A stretch of DNA of 64,000 nucleotides from a virus, in the IMG/VR virus record IMGVR_UViG_3300047284_000228, positions 32,001-96,000 of that record. One strand, written 5' to 3'. Shown here piece by piece: positions 53,901 to 64,000 of the stretch; within the stretch, counting starts at the first letter, position 1; the number at the start of each line of letters is the position of its first letter. The notes below the pieces were generated by a model. It was not told where the DNA came from. It saw only the letters and a list, made by a program, of their open reading frames with translations, and made no database searches. Made by a program: the position numbers and the translations under genes.

Positions 53901-56900
53901 TTTATTAATTTAACGATAGAGTTGGCAGAAGGCGATGAGATACAGATCAGAGAATATGTTTCTTCTTATAGTAACTATATTCCTCCAACACCAACAAAAT
54001 TAGGTCTCTATAAAAAGTATACTCCTATGAAGTATCTAGACGATACATTCATATCACCTAGAGAAGTCATACAAGGACACGACGGAAGCCTTACGGCGTC
54101 GTATGGAGATTTCCGAGATGATTTATTATTAGAATTAGAATATAGAATTTATAATAATATTAAACAAAAATATGATGAAAATATTTTTGATAATGATCTA
54201 GTATTAGGCGGATATTACGGAAATTCTCTCTACGATAAACCCTCAGTTGATAGTATAGTGTCGTTGGAATTTTTAAAATGGATCGCTGATACTAATATTG
54301 ATTATATCAACAATCTTTATTTTGACAGCGAAGAATCATTTACCTATACCTACTCAAATATGACAGACCCTACCGGTACTAAAAACCTGCCCGGTTACTG
54401 GAGAGGAGTATATAAATGGTTCTATGACACAGACAGACCTCATCTGTGTCCTTGGGAAATGTTAGGTTTTTCGGAAAAACCAACATGGTGGGAAAGTGAA
54501 TATGGTCCCGCACCTTATACAAAAAATAATCTGATACTTTGGGAAGATCTACGTGACGGTATAATTCGTCATGGAAACAGAGCAGGAACATACAAAAGAT
54601 ATCAGCGACCGTCTCTTATAGGACATATTCCCGTAGATGGTGACGGTAACTTAGTAAGCCCTCTTAATTCTGGACTAGCAACCAATTTTACGTTGTTTAA
54701 TAATCAAGGATCGTTCGACCTTGGTAGTGTTGCCCCAGTAGAAGCAGCCTGGAGATCCAGTTCAGAATGGCCATTTGCTTATATAATAGCCTTATGTCTG
54801 TTAAAACCTTTTGAATATATCACAGACAATTATAATAAATCTGAAATAGGTCTTAACGTTTTAGGACAGACTATTAATAAAAACACAGGTACGTTTTCAA
54901 CAATTTCAGATATTATTTTTGAAAATTCATCGACTAAGATTGTTTCTGGTCTAGTAAACTATGTTGCAGATTATCTTAAGAGTAAAACAACTCCTATAGA
55001 TGTACTCAAAGATAAGATAACACATATTGATGTAAATCTCAGTACACGACTTTCTGGTTTTGTAGATCAAAGTCAACAGAAATATCTACTAGATAGCAAA
55101 AATCCAAACTCGTCTACGAGTAATATTTTTATTCCTCAGGAAAATTACGATATAATCTTTAATGTAAGTTCTCCTATATTTTCTTTAGTATACAGTGGTG
55201 TAATCTTAGAAAAGACTACACAAGGATGGAGACTACAGGGATATGATAATAAGAATCCGTTCTTCTACTATTACGAGGCATTGACTTCTCAGTCAGATCC
55301 CATTATATCGGTTGGAGGTGTCAGCGAAAGCTTCTTAAACTGGAGCGAAGAAAAATTTTACGGCAATGGTGTTGTTGTCAAATACAATAATAATTATTAT
55401 AGAAGTTTATCGAGTCATACCAGTACTACTGTATTTGATAAAACATTATGGAAGCAACTTCCTGATCTTCCTTTAAAAAATGCTGTCCAAGCATTTAGAA
55501 GAAACAAGTTCAACAGACTGTCTCTAAGGAAAATGCCTTATGGTCGTATTATGTCTAGGATCCAAGAAGTGGTTGATTTCTTATTAGGATATCAAGAATA
55601 TCTAATAAGCATCGGATTCGTATTTGATGGGTATGATGCAGCAACACAGAGCACTGCTGACTGGTTCACATCTGTAAAAGAATTCATGTTCTGGACCAAG
55701 CATAATTGGAGCAACGGTTCACTATTAACACTGAGCCCTAGCGCAGCAAAAATAACCGCCGAAGTTTCTATAGGTGTTGCGGACAATTTCCTAGACAGTT
55801 TCTACGATTATCAAATATTGAGAGAAGACGGAACTCCGTTGCAGCCTAATTTTATTAATGTGGCCAGAGATCATAAGCAACTAGTATTATCCACAGTTGA
55901 TACAAATGCAGGAATTTATTTTATGAGAGCAAATTTTGTTCTCAAAGAGCATGTGACTGTATTTGATGATCGAACAGTTTTCAACGATGTTATCTACGAT
56001 AAGCCGACCGGATATCGCCAGATGAGAATTAAGAGTCGAGGTTTCCGAACAGTTGATTGGGACGGTGACTATACCAGTCCAGGATTTATCTTTGATAATG
56101 TAAAAATAGAAACCTGGAGACCGTTCACTGATTACAGATTAGGCGATATTGTCGCATACAAATCTTATTATTGGGTCAGCAAACAAAATCAATTAGGCTC
56201 TGAAAATATCGATGAGACAAAGTGGTCAAAATTAGATTCTGTTCCTACTAAAGGATTAGTCTCTAACTTTGATTATAGAATTAGTCAGTTCGGTGACTAC
56301 TATGAAGTTGAAGCAGACGGAGTAGGTTCAAGTCAGAGAGATCTAGCTAGACACGCTATTGGCTATCAGTCCAGAGAATATTTACAAGCTCTAGCCGAAG
56401 ACGAAGTTAGTCAATTTAGAATCTATCAAGGCTTTATCAGAGAAAAAGGCACAGCTAATTCCATAGTTAAAGTGTTCGATAAGTTGAGTCGTAGCAAAGA
56501 CGATAGTATCGTACTGAACGAAGAATGGGCTTTCAAGATCGGAGAGTTTGGCGGCACCGATCAAACAAAAGAAGTTGAGTTTTTAATCACTAAAGACTCA
56601 TTAGTAATTAATCCTCAGCCGGTATTGGTTGTATCATCTAAGAGCAACGTGATCGTTGATCAAAATCTTAGAATTGATCCTTCGATGTTTACCATTAGGT
56701 CAAAAACATTTACTACTGACATTAATCCTGTTGAGTTCTATAAAGGAACTTCCCGTTCTGCCGGCTATGTACATAAATCAGATGTTGACTATGTTGCAGC
56801 GAACAGAGACGGAATTCTTGACATCGATATTTCGCAGGTCAATGACGGAGCCCATATCTGGATTACATTTGACAGATATACATGGACAGTGCTGAGATAT

Positions 56901-59900
56901 AATGAAGAGTTATCTCTTAGAATAGTAGCAGTCGAAAAAGTTGACTCGGATGTAAGAGTTACAACAAATAGATCTCATAATTTATCTGTTAATGATATTG
57001 TTGGAATTACCAAAGTTCTTAATCTCACAGGTTTTTATAAGATAAAATCTCTAACGGCAAATACATTTACGGTGACTCCCACATCGACAGATAATCCAGA
57101 AATCGAAGATAGCACTCATGCTGTTATAGGTCTGCTAACAGAAGCAAAGTTTGATAATTATTCTAACCTAGATCCTCAATTACTAGCTATGTTACAGAAC
57201 GGAGCAAGATTGTGGATCAACGATAACGGTAGCGAACAGTGGGAAGTTATTGAAAAAACTAAACAATATAAATCTTATGAACTTGAAGACTATGGTATAA
57301 CTGCGCCTTTAAATCTAGGATCGACTGTTTTATACGTAGAACAAAGAAAACATGTAATTACCAGCATCCCAACATCCAACTTTGTGATGGTCTATTCGGA
57401 CCGATCAGGGATCAACGGGTCGCTGCTATTAAATCAAATTATACCTCCGGCAGACGGTTTTGACACAGCAGTGAATGATGTATTTGGTCAAGTACTAGCA
57501 GTATCTCCCGACGGACTATGGTTAGCTGTCGGCACACCTATGGCCAGTGCCGTTCCTAGTAAATTTAGAGGCGAATTAACTTCTTCTAGTTATCTTGCCG
57601 GCGATGTAGTACTACATCGAGGAAAACTCTGGGAAGCCGTTAACAATATTGATTCGGGTGACGGCAGCACTATTAATTTTACCACAGAAGACTGGCAACC
57701 CGCTACTCTGGTAGAAGCATCGGCAGTAGGACTAGGCACTGGATATGTCAACCAAGGAATGGTTTCTCTTTATAAGTTCCAAAACGGACAGTGGGAAAAT
57801 CAGATCAACATTGTAAGTCCTAGACCTCGTACCTACGAACTATTTGGTAGTGATATTAAGATAGCAGTATCCGGATCGAGATATACTATGGCTGTTTCTG
57901 CCAAAGGTTCTTTGTGTGATACACAGATTGGGCCTAGTACCGGTAAAGGAAGGGTTTACCTATACGAGTTTGATGGTGTAGAGTGGAAACATTATGAAAA
58001 TTCAAATTATCTTGGCATCTACGGACCTTATGATCCAATAGTATCTCCCTACACTGAATACCCCGCCGGCAGTATAGTATGGTCAGAAGGAAGTCTATGG
58101 CAGGCCATTGCAGATAATATCTATGACGGTAGCTCGATTACTTTAAATTCTACAGATTGGATTCGACTAGACCAGATAGCCACCGATAACTCATTACCTA
58201 CAAACGTGTCATTAGATGACGACGGATCTACTCTGGCTCTTGGTCTGCTAAACGAATCTCAATTAGCTGAACTAGTCAAAGACGGAGACCAGTTCGGACA
58301 TAGTCTAGCTATGTCTAGGGACGGTTCAATATTAGTGGTTGGTATACCCAACGGCGACGCACAATATTTTGCAAACTACAAAGGAATATGGAGTCCTTAC
58401 CAGCAGTATGTATCCGGTGATGTTGTTAGATACCAGGATAGTTACCATATTTTATTAGACGACAATTCTCTTGACGGATCGTCAAATACCAGTCTCAATG
58501 AAAGACCCGACGAAGGCGAACCATGGAGCAACGTTGGCGATAGTTCAGTAACCAGCACAGGAAAGATTTTTATCTATCAGAAGAATAGTCTAGGTGTATA
58601 CGATCTTATTCAGACTATAGCCGCATCTAATCTAAACGACATTAACGACAGCACAGTCGCAGATGCAGAAATAAGCTCCGGGGATCAATTTGGATATGCA
58701 GTTGATATAGATGCATCCGGTACAACTATCGTGGTCAGTAGCCCTCTTGCAGATATCATTAAACAAAATCAGGGTGCAGTTTATGTGTTTAAGAAAACAG
58801 GTGCTGCTGAAGTACAATTTAGATTAAGTCAAAAATTACAGAGTTTTGAAAGCTATACCAATGAATATTTTGGATCAAGTGTTTCGATCAGTGCAGCCAC
58901 TGAGCGTGTGGTAGTTGGTGCAAAAAATTCTGGTTATGATCTGATCACAACATTCGATTCAGGATCCACCACATTTGATAGTAGAAGAACATCTTATAGC
59001 ACTAGGTTGGGATACCCTGGACAAGTTTATGTATTTGAAAGAAAGGATCAAGGATATCTACTAGCAGAAAAATTAGAAGCTGATTTTGTTTCCTTCGAAT
59101 CTTTTGGTCATGCTGTTGATTGTACCAGTTCTGTGGTCGTAGTAGGATCACCGACCTATAAGGTGGAAGATATTGAAGTGGGTATGATTAGACTATTTAA
59201 GAAAGACCCTTCAGTCAATAGTCTTAAGATCATACGTCAACAAACTGCTCAAGTTGATCTCGATGCTATTAAAAATATAGAGATCTATGACGATAAGAAA
59301 AATGTAAAATTAGCTGACCTAGATATAGTCGATCATTTTAAGTTAAAAACATTATCGTTGGCAGATCAAGACATTAGGTATAAGACTGTATATGATCCTG
59401 CGATCTATATGGTAGGCGACGATACAGTAACCATAGACGAATCACAGGCATGGTTTGAAGATCAGGTAGGCGAAGTATGGTGGGATTTAGATTCTGTAAA
59501 ATTCTTAAATTACGAACAAGATGATTTAAGCTATCGAGTCGGCAATTGGAATGCTCAAGTTGAAGGCTCTAGGGTCGACGTCTATGAATGGGTGGAAACA
59601 CCATTGTTACCTTCGGAGTGGAGTATATTAGCCGACACTGTAGAAGGCCTAGCTGAAGGAATTTCAGGCCAGCCAAAAAATGCAGATGACACGGTATACA
59701 ATGTAAAGATTTTAACTAATCCTTCTACAGGAAATCCTACCAATACCCTATACTATTATTGGGTAAAAAACAAAACTACCCTGCCTACCAATGCCGACAG
59801 ACGCATGTCTGTAGCATCGATTAGTTCTTATATCTCCAATCCAATAGGCACAGGTATTCCTTTCGTAGCGATTTTAGACACAGACAAGTTTGCATTTTAT

Positions 59901-62900
59901 AACTTTAAATCTGTATTAAACAGCGATACTGCGAAAATCAATATTGAATTTAATCTGGCGAAGACCAATATAAATCCTGTACACAAAGAATATCAGCTAT
60001 TAACAGAAGGAGTAGCAGACTCATTACCTGCAGATAGTTTAGAAAGGAAATGGCTAGACAGTCTTGTTGGCTTTGATGACGCAGGAAATACTGTACCCGA
60101 TTTTAATCTATCAGAAAATCAAAGATACGGTTTAAGTTTTAGACCTAGACAAACTATGTTTGTTAACAGAGCTAAAGCCCTAAGAATCGCCATCGATAAC
60201 ATTAATTCTGTTTTAGAAACCAGACCTTTTACTGATTTGATTAATTTTGTTAATCTTAACAGTACTGATCCGTTACCCAGTGAAGAATTAAATGAATACG
60301 ATATAGCCGTTGATGAATATATTGATTTAGAACAGGTCGGAACGGCTAAGATTAAGTCAGCAGAATTTAGAGCTAATATAATCAACGGCCGGATCGATAC
60401 GATTGATATTGTTGATCCGGGTTTCGGATATAGAACAGTTCCTTTCATAGAAATCGAAGGAACCGGAACCGGAGCCAAAGCCGCTGTTACTTTAGATAGT
60501 CAGGGTCGAGTAGTTTCATGCACGGTATTGATCAAAGGTAAAAAATATACCTCTGCAATAGTTAAAATCAGACCTTTTACTGTCCTGGTAAGAAATGATT
60601 CAACCGATAAAAACTTCTGGAGCTTGTACGGTTGGGACCAGTTGAGAAAAATATTCTATAGAAGAAAGTCTCAAGGTTTTAACACTAGTTTATATTGGGA
60701 ATATATAGATTGGTGGACAGAAAACTTTGATGAAAAATCAAAGATATTCAAAGAAATTAATTATTTCTATGAAGAACCATCTGTGAATATTCTAACAGGA
60801 TCTTTACTAAGAGTAAAGGAATACGGTTCTGGTGGCTGGGCAGTATTACAGAAAACTGAAAAAGGTCAAGGATCGATTTTAGAAAATTATAATTTAGTAG
60901 GTAGACAGAACGGTACAATTCGAATTAAAGAAACTCTGTATGATGCGGTCACAGCCTCTTTAGGCTACGACAATATAGGCCCTTATGATTCTGTGTTATA
61001 TGATCTTCAGCCAATCAAAGAGTTGAGATCAATTCTTAAAGCAGTTAAAGAGGATATTTTCGTTGACGATCTCAGCGTTGAGTGGAATAAATTATTTTTC
61101 AGTTCTGTGAAATATTCCTATGCCGAACAGCAATATATTGATTGGGCTTTCAAGACCAGTTTCTTAAATGCGATTCATAATGTAGGAGATCTAGATCAAC
61201 GTCCAAATTATAAAAACGACAATCTTGATCAGTTTAGAAGTTATATAGAAGAAGTTAAACCTTATAGAACTACTGTAAGAGAATATACATCTAGATACAC
61301 AGAAAAAAATAACTACGGATCGGCTCTAACAGACTTTGATCTTCCGGCTGCATGGTCAGTTCGTGACGGAAAAATACTACCAGTATCATCGTCTTATAAT
61401 AGGTTTGACGAATATCCCTGGAAGTCATGGTTAGAGAATAACGGATTTTCTATAATTGAAATCGCAGTATCGAAACCGGGTTCGGGATATAAAACACCTC
61501 CTAAAGTATTGATCGAAGGCAATGGAACGGGTGCTTCGGCTACTGCTTTTATTTCTAGCGGAAAAGTATCTGGCATACGAGTAGATAATCCCGGAATTGG
61601 TTATACAAAAACTCCTACCATCTTGCTGGTAGGCGGTAATGGAACCAGTCAGGATGTCGCTAAAGCTTCTGCAATTCTAGGCAACACCAAGATAAGGAGT
61701 TTTGATCTAGGAATCAAATTTGATAGAATAGCTAAACAAGGTTTGTATAATACGTTTACTACTTCGCAGACATTCACCGCTACTGGATATAGTGCAGTGT
61801 TTAATCTAAATTATGCTCCTAGTATAGATAAAACTAAGATTTCTATAATTAAGAACAATCAATTAGTCTTGCCAAATGAGTATGAAATAAATCTTTACAA
61901 GACAGATGAAGGTGGTTTTACTCTGTTAAAAGGCAAGATAAGGTTCTTTATCGCACCAGCAGCAGGCGATGTAATTGTTGTTGACTACGAAAAGAATGAC
62001 GAAATATTAGACAGCATCAACAGAATAGAAAAATACTATTCACCTACTGCTGGAATGATAGGTAAAGAAATCAATCAGTTAATGACAGGAATTGACTACG
62101 GCGGAGTACAGATTCAAGGTACAACTTTTGACGTAACCGGCGGCTGGGATGCTCTTCCATGGTTTACTGATAACTGGGATAGTGTTGAAAGTAATTCTGA
62201 TTTTTACTATGTAGCAGATGGCAGTACTACTTTCGTTGTCTTACCATATGTGCCTGAAAACAATCAACCTATTTCTATATACTTAAAACGAGTATATGAA
62301 AATAGACCAACTAGGATAGACGATCCTTATTTCTTGGAATATGATGGGTCTACGCCTCAGCCAAACGGTAGAGTAACCGTGCCCGATACTGCATTGATAC
62401 CTACATTCATTGGAGACGGATCTACAAATATTGTAGAAATACATGATTACATTAGTACTTCTCCGGGCGATACACTGATATTTAGAAAATTGGAAAGTGA
62501 CGGATCAGTTACAATTACCGATGTTAATTTGTTAGATACTAGGATCAGTGGAGGATCGTTATCTGCGATCGGCGGAGCATACGTGACTGCGGCAGGCCTA
62601 ACTCCAGAAGAAATTGTCATAGATGGAGATAAGTTTGTAACACCAGAAAACACACCTGCACCAGAAGAAAATCTTCCCGGGCAGGTCTTAGATAGCCTAA
62701 GTTTCAAAGTCTTTACCATCACCAGTCCCGGTGCATCTGCGCTTCAAAACAAAGTGCTTATAGGTGACGGACAAACATTAGTCTATGATATAGGTTTGAC
62801 TATTTTTGAAGCATCGTCTGTCATGGTCTATGTTGATAAAATCAAACAAGAATATGTTGGAGATAGTTCAGTAAGTTACTCGATAAACTTTATCAACAAC

Positions 62901-64000
62901 ACCATTGAATTTAATAATGCTCCGCCTGCGGGATCTATCATTGAAATTATTTCCATAGGAATCGGCGGTATTCAATTATTAGATTATCAGGAATTTGTTG
63001 CCGACGGGACAACTAATTTATTTTTAACCAAAGCCTTGTATGAGCAGACATTTTCTATTTTAGTCACAGTAGACGGTCAAGCAGTGGATGTTGGATTTGC
63101 AAACAGCAGCGATTTTATCGAAGCAAGAGACAAAACCTTGGTACAATTTGGAACAGCGCCTGGATTTAGAAAGGTAATAAAGATCATCTGCTTTGGTGCA
63201 TCTGCAGAAACAGATTCTACCTATACTCCGTTTACTAGAGTTAATAGGCAAGCTATCTCTTATGACGGAAGTACTAGGTCATACGAACTAGATACGTTTG
63301 TGATTTTATCTCAAGCATCTGCTGTTTCTAATATTCTTGTTGAAGTAAACGGAAGAATATTAAACGGAGTCGACAATACATATGTGGTCTACGATGGCAC
63401 TAATAATAATATAGAAGTTGGTGTAGACCCAGACGAAGCTATTGGTACTATCGTTTCTGGATCTATCAAGGTTTATATTAATAACGTACTACAACGATTT
63501 GTTATTGATTATACCTACAACGGTAATCAAAATTTAATCAACGTACCGTCTACACGTCTACAAATAGGAGATGTGATCACGGTAATTACAGACACTAGGG
63601 CAGAATATTTTATCGACAATAATAATATAGTTTTTAGTCCTTCTTTAGCGTTGACTCAGACAGATGAAATCCTAGTGACCTGGTTCAGCGAATATGCGAC
63701 TATGAATCTTGTATCTGACGAATATACTGGAGGACAGATAAATTATAAATTAGCTAGACGTCCAGTAGATGTAAATTATCTTTGGGTTTATAAAAATGGA
63801 TATCGTCTTACCAAAGACCGAGACTACTATCTCGATCCTGTAAGATCAGTTGTTTATTTTAACGATGTCACTATTAACGCCGATCAAATAAAAATTGTTC
63901 AATTTGGAAACATCGTCTATGAATTGCCTAGGGCATTTGAAATCTATAAGGATATGTTTAACAACTATCATTATAAGAGATATTCCAAATCAAATAATAT
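50946..64000 (+). CDS. giant baseplate wedge/virion protein (gp7-like N-terminus; FG-GAP propeller, CBM-like and GxGY repeats), partial
   Basis: Not in the ORF track, consistent with no in-frame stop before the window end. ATG 50946 (MAQEFFPESGLPIRRTVELLPSIFQT..N.KFL...YQLEPG); spot-checked in frame at the end (...KDMFNNYHYKRYSKSNN). More than 4350 codons; directly follows gp6. Confidence 0.88.
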   Translation, partial: MAQEFFPESGLPIRRTVELLPSIFQTESNSKFLSAVLDPLVQPGTLQKTVGYIGRRYGKTYVPTDIYLDTDNTLRSRYQLEPGVTVKENNRVTSFYDYLDFKNQIKFFGNLEEYDAIVTSQDHYTWTPPIDWDKFVNYREYYWVPAGPPPVTIAGQAQRIVSTYRVALGTGSVFIFTPDGMSNNPTITLYRGQTYKFQVSVPGHGFTIKTNVDIGRLTFDPNRNYTPGELVVFDEKLWKAKTNISSTDGSTIDENSQDWEYVEDVGIASQFDYNTGVTNNGAERGTVTFEVPMNAPDVLFYQSTTDINRVGRFIIADVDTNTKIDVEKEILGKVTYTSSNDVTLTNGMIIYFSGKVSPEKYSNLDDKWLVEGVGKKITLTKFTDLIVSASLSGNNIDEILFDNGGFDTQPFDDATAYPAKKDYLTINRSSVDSNPWSRYNRWFHRSVLDYSHTFNGSSFEATEDSRAKRPIVEFKANLQLFNHGALAKQTVDYIDDFTSDVFSTVEGSSGYLVDGEALFEGARVLVTADTDSLANNQIYVVHFITHNGSKQINLKKAADGDSIINECVLIRRGVKNSGLMYHYNGTTWIKSQEKTSSNQEPLFDLFDDNGVSFSDIDTYPVSTFAGTRILGYQQGSGVVDTELGFSLSYLNIENVGDIKFSYDLDYQDFNYKVLDTRYTKKYKTGFYKFNPDNQYGNGWILLDNEYSQPIIDTTVVDEITDTIVSTAVDWSNVQESQIRKIVFYKNGIRSRVSWQRQDNRFIFEEKFQVNDTVTIKIFADLDPATGYYELPLGLEKNPLNDEIESFTLGQASDHVLTGLDLTDNFEGLFPGKNNLRDLDDFQNRCNRFLKHSNVSPLSVLSLCDKEVNIIKSIQYAKKAYTDFKNTFIDLAYNLYSDQEPRDFVDQILEEISKSQNSSRPFSESDMVGSGAFTSIDYTVEDTGIKTFALSSKFDLDTLSSRAVYVYRNGVQLLHGTQYEFNSTFGFINLTIELAEGDEIQIREYVSSYSNYIPPTPTKLGLYKKYTPMKYLDDTFISPREVIQGHDGSLTASYGDFRDDLLLELEYRIYNNIKQKYDENIFDNDLVLGGYYGNSLYDKPSVDSIVSLEFLKWIADTNIDYINNLYFDSEESFTYTYSNMTDPTGTKNLPGYWRGVYKWFYDTDRPHLCPWEMLGFSEKPTWWESEYGPAPYTKNNLILWEDLRDGIIRHGNRAGTYKRYQRPSLIGHIPVDGDGNLVSPLNSGLATNFTLFNNQGSFDLGSVAPVEAAWRSSSEWPFAYIIALCLLKPFEYITDNYNKSEIGLNVLGQTINKNTGTFSTISDIIFENSSTKIVSGLVNYVADYLKSKTTPIDVLKDKITHIDVNLSTRLSGFVDQSQQKYLLDSKNPNSSTSNIFIPQENYDIIFNVSSPIFSLVYSGVILEKTTQGWRLQGYDNKNPFFYYYEALTSQSDPIISVGGVSESFLNWSEEKFYGNGVVVKYNNNYYRSLSSHTSTTVFDKTLWKQLPDLPLKNAVQAFRRNKFNRLSLRKMPYGRIMSRIQEVVDFLLGYQEYLISIGFVFDGYDAATQSTADWFTSVKEFMFWTKHNWSNGSLLTLSPSAAKITAEVSIGVADNFLDSFYDYQILREDGTPLQPNFINVARDHKQLVLSTVDTNAGIYFMRANFVLKEHVTVFDDRTVFNDVIYDKPTGYRQMRIKSRGFRTVDWDGDYTSPGFIFDNVKIETWRPFTDYRLGDIVAYKSYYWVSKQNQLGSENIDETKWSKLDSVPTKGLVSNFDYRISQFGDYYEVEADGVGSSQRDLARHAIGYQSREYLQALAEDEVSQFRIYQGFIREKGTANSIVKVFDKLSRSKDDSIVLNEEWAFKIGEFGGTDQTKEVEFLITKDSLVINPQPVLVVSSKSNVIVDQNLRIDPSMFTIRSKTFTTDINPVEFYKGTSRSAGYVHKSDVDYVAANRDGILDIDISQVNDGAHIWITFDRYTWTVLRYNEELSLRIVAVEKVDSDVRVTTNRSHNLSVNDIVGITKVLNLTGFYKIKSLTANTFTVTPTSTDNPEIEDSTHAVIGLLTEAKFDNYSNLDPQLLAMLQNGARLWINDNGSEQWEVIEKTKQYKSYELEDYGITAPLNLGSTVLYVEQRKHVITSIPTSNFVMVYSDRSGINGSLLLNQIIPPADGFDTAVNDVFGQVLAVSPDGLWLAVGTPMASAVPSKFRGELTSSSYLAGDVVLHRGKLWEAVNNIDSGDGSTINFTTEDWQPATLVEASAVGLGTGYVNQGMVSLYKFQNGQWENQINIVSPRPRTYELFGSDIKIAVSGSRYTMAVSAKGSLCDTQIGPSTGKGRVYLYEFDGVEWKHYENSNYLGIYGPYDPIVSPYTEYPAGSIVWSEGSLWQAIADNIYDGSSITLNSTDWIRLDQIATDNSLPTNVSLDDDGSTLALGLLNESQLAELVKDGDQFGHSLAMSRDGSILVVGIPNGDAQYFANYKGIWSPYQQYVSGDVVRYQDSYHILLDDNSLDGSSNTSLNERPDEGEPWSNVGDSSVTSTGKIFIYQKNSLGVYDLIQTIAASNLNDINDSTVADAEISSGDQFGYAVDIDASGTTIVVSSPLADIIKQNQGAVYVFKKTGAAEVQFRLSQKLQSFESYTNEYFGSSVSISAATERVVVGAKNSGYDLITTFDSGSTTFDSRRTSYSTRLGYPGQVYVFERKDQGYLLAEKLEADFVSFESFGHAVDCTSSVVVVGSPTYKVEDIEVGMIRLFKKDPSVNSLKIIRQQTAQVDLDAIKNIEIYDDKKNVKLADLDIVDHFKLKTLSLADQDIRYKTVYDPAIYMVGDDTVTIDESQAWFEDQVGEVWWDLDSVKFLNYEQDDLSYRVGNWNAQVEGSRVDVYEWVETPLLPSEWSILADTVEGLAEGISGQPKNADDTVYNVKILTNPSTGNPTNTLYYYWVKNKTTLPTNADRRMSVASISSYISNPIGTGIPFVAILDTDKFAFYNFKSVLNSDTAKINIEFNLAKTNINPVHKEYQLLTEGVADSLPADSLERKWLDSLVGFDDAGNTVPDFNLSENQRYGLSFRPRQTMFVNRAKALRIAIDNINSVLETRPFTDLINFVNLNSTDPLPSEELNEYDIAVDEYIDLEQVGTAKIKSAEFRANIINGRIDTIDIVDPGFGYRTVPFIEIEGTGTGAKAAVTLDSQGRVVSCTVLIKGKKYTSAIVKIRPFTVLVRNDSTDKNFWSLYGWDQLRKIFYRRKSQGFNTSLYWEYIDWWTENFDEKSKIFKEINYFYEEPSVNILTGSLLRVKEYGSGGWAVLQKTEKGQGSILENYNLVGRQNGTIRIKETLYDAVTASLGYDNIGPYDSVLYDLQPIKELRSILKAVKEDIFVDDLSVEWNKLFFSSVKYSYAEQQYIDWAFKTSFLNAIHNVGDLDQRPNYKNDNLDQFRSYIEEVKPYRTTVREYTSRYTEKNNYGSALTDFDLPAAWSVRDGKILPVSSSYNRFDEYPWKSWLENNGFSIIEIAVSKPGSGYKTPPKVLIEGNGTGASATAFISSGKVSGIRVDNPGIGYTKTPTILLVGGNGTSQDVAKASAILGNTKIRSFDLGIKFDRIAKQGLYNTFTTSQTFTATGYSAVFNLNYAPSIDKTKISIIKNNQLVLPNEYEINLYKTDEGGFTLLKGKIRFFIAPAAGDVIVVDYEKNDEILDSINRIEKYYSPTAGMIGKEINQLMTGIDYGGVQIQGTTFDVTGGWDALPWFTDNWDSVESNSDFYYVADGSTTFVVLPYVPENNQPISIYLKRVYENRPTRIDDPYFLEYDGSTPQPNGRVTVPDTALIPTFIGDGSTNIVEIHDYISTSPGDTLIFRKLESDGSVTITDVNLLDTRISGGSLSAIGGAYVTAAGLTPEEIVIDGDKFVTPENTPAPEENLPGQVLDSLSFKVFTITSPGASALQNKVLIGDGQTLVYDIGLTIFEASSVMVYVDKIKQEYVGDSSVSYSINFINNTIEFNNAPPAGSIIEIISIGIGGIQLLDYQEFVADGTTNLFLTKALYEQTFSILVTVDGQAVDVGFANSSDFIEARDKTLVQFGTAPGFRKVIKIICFGASAETDSTYTPFTRVNRQAISYDGSTRSYELDTFVILSQASAVSNILVEVNGRILNGVDNTYVVYDGTNNNIEVGVDPDEAIGTIVSGSIKVYINNVLQRFVIDYTYNGNQNLINVPSTRLQIGDVITVITDTRAEYFIDNNNIVFSPSLALTQTDEILVTWFSEYATMNLVSDEYTGGQINYKLARRPVDVNYLWVYKNGYRLTKDRDYYLDPVRSVVYFNDVTINADQIKIVQFGNIVYELPRAFEIYKDMFNNYHYKRYSKSNN

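Noticed and set aside
120-63251. Numerous short antisense or overlapping ORFs in the track (e.g. 26865..27239 Ser-rich, 34620..34967, 41855..42229, 60119..60478)
   Set aside because: These are shadow frames of real genes on the opposite strand or in another frame, with composition mirroring the sense codons and no RBS.
1-64000. Stop-codon reassignment (none of the called genes ends in TAG)
   Set aside because: Very long ORFs are intact in code 11 with no in-frame TAG or TGA, so there is no positive evidence of recoding; TAG avoidance alone is common.

Overview
This 64-kb window is the virion-morphogenesis region of a large T4-like (myovirus-type, probably jumbo) tailed phage, read in the standard genetic code. 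On the minus strand, left to right: three paralogous Cys/Gly-rich adhesin-like genes (the first is cut by the window edge), two giant paralogous tail-fibre genes (2784 and 1819 aa) with several smaller fibre and adaptor genes, a head module (gp23 capsid, gp22 scaffold, gp21 protease, acidic core protein, a glycosyltransferase-like gene, gp20 portal) and a tape-measure-like protein with a GH19 domain. Next comes a divergent gp26/gp51-like pair probably joined by a -1 frameshift, two putative internal head proteins, and an island of a GIY-YIG nuclease, gp46, gp47 and the gp55 late sigma factor. A plus-strand baseplate operon (gp48/54-like, gp53, hub, gp5, gp25, gp6) follows, ending in a >4350-aa gp7-like ORF that runs off the window and is missing from the ORF track. 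T4-type late promoters (TAAATA) precede most structural units. The most striking unexplained element is a ~360-450 nt densely base-paired, pseudoknotted non-coding region immediately 3' of the stand-alone GIY-YIG gene. It is a candidate novel large ncRNA and possibly a nuclease-RNA system. A second structured leader lies at 19426-19561. All family calls are from motif recognition by eye; no searches were run.
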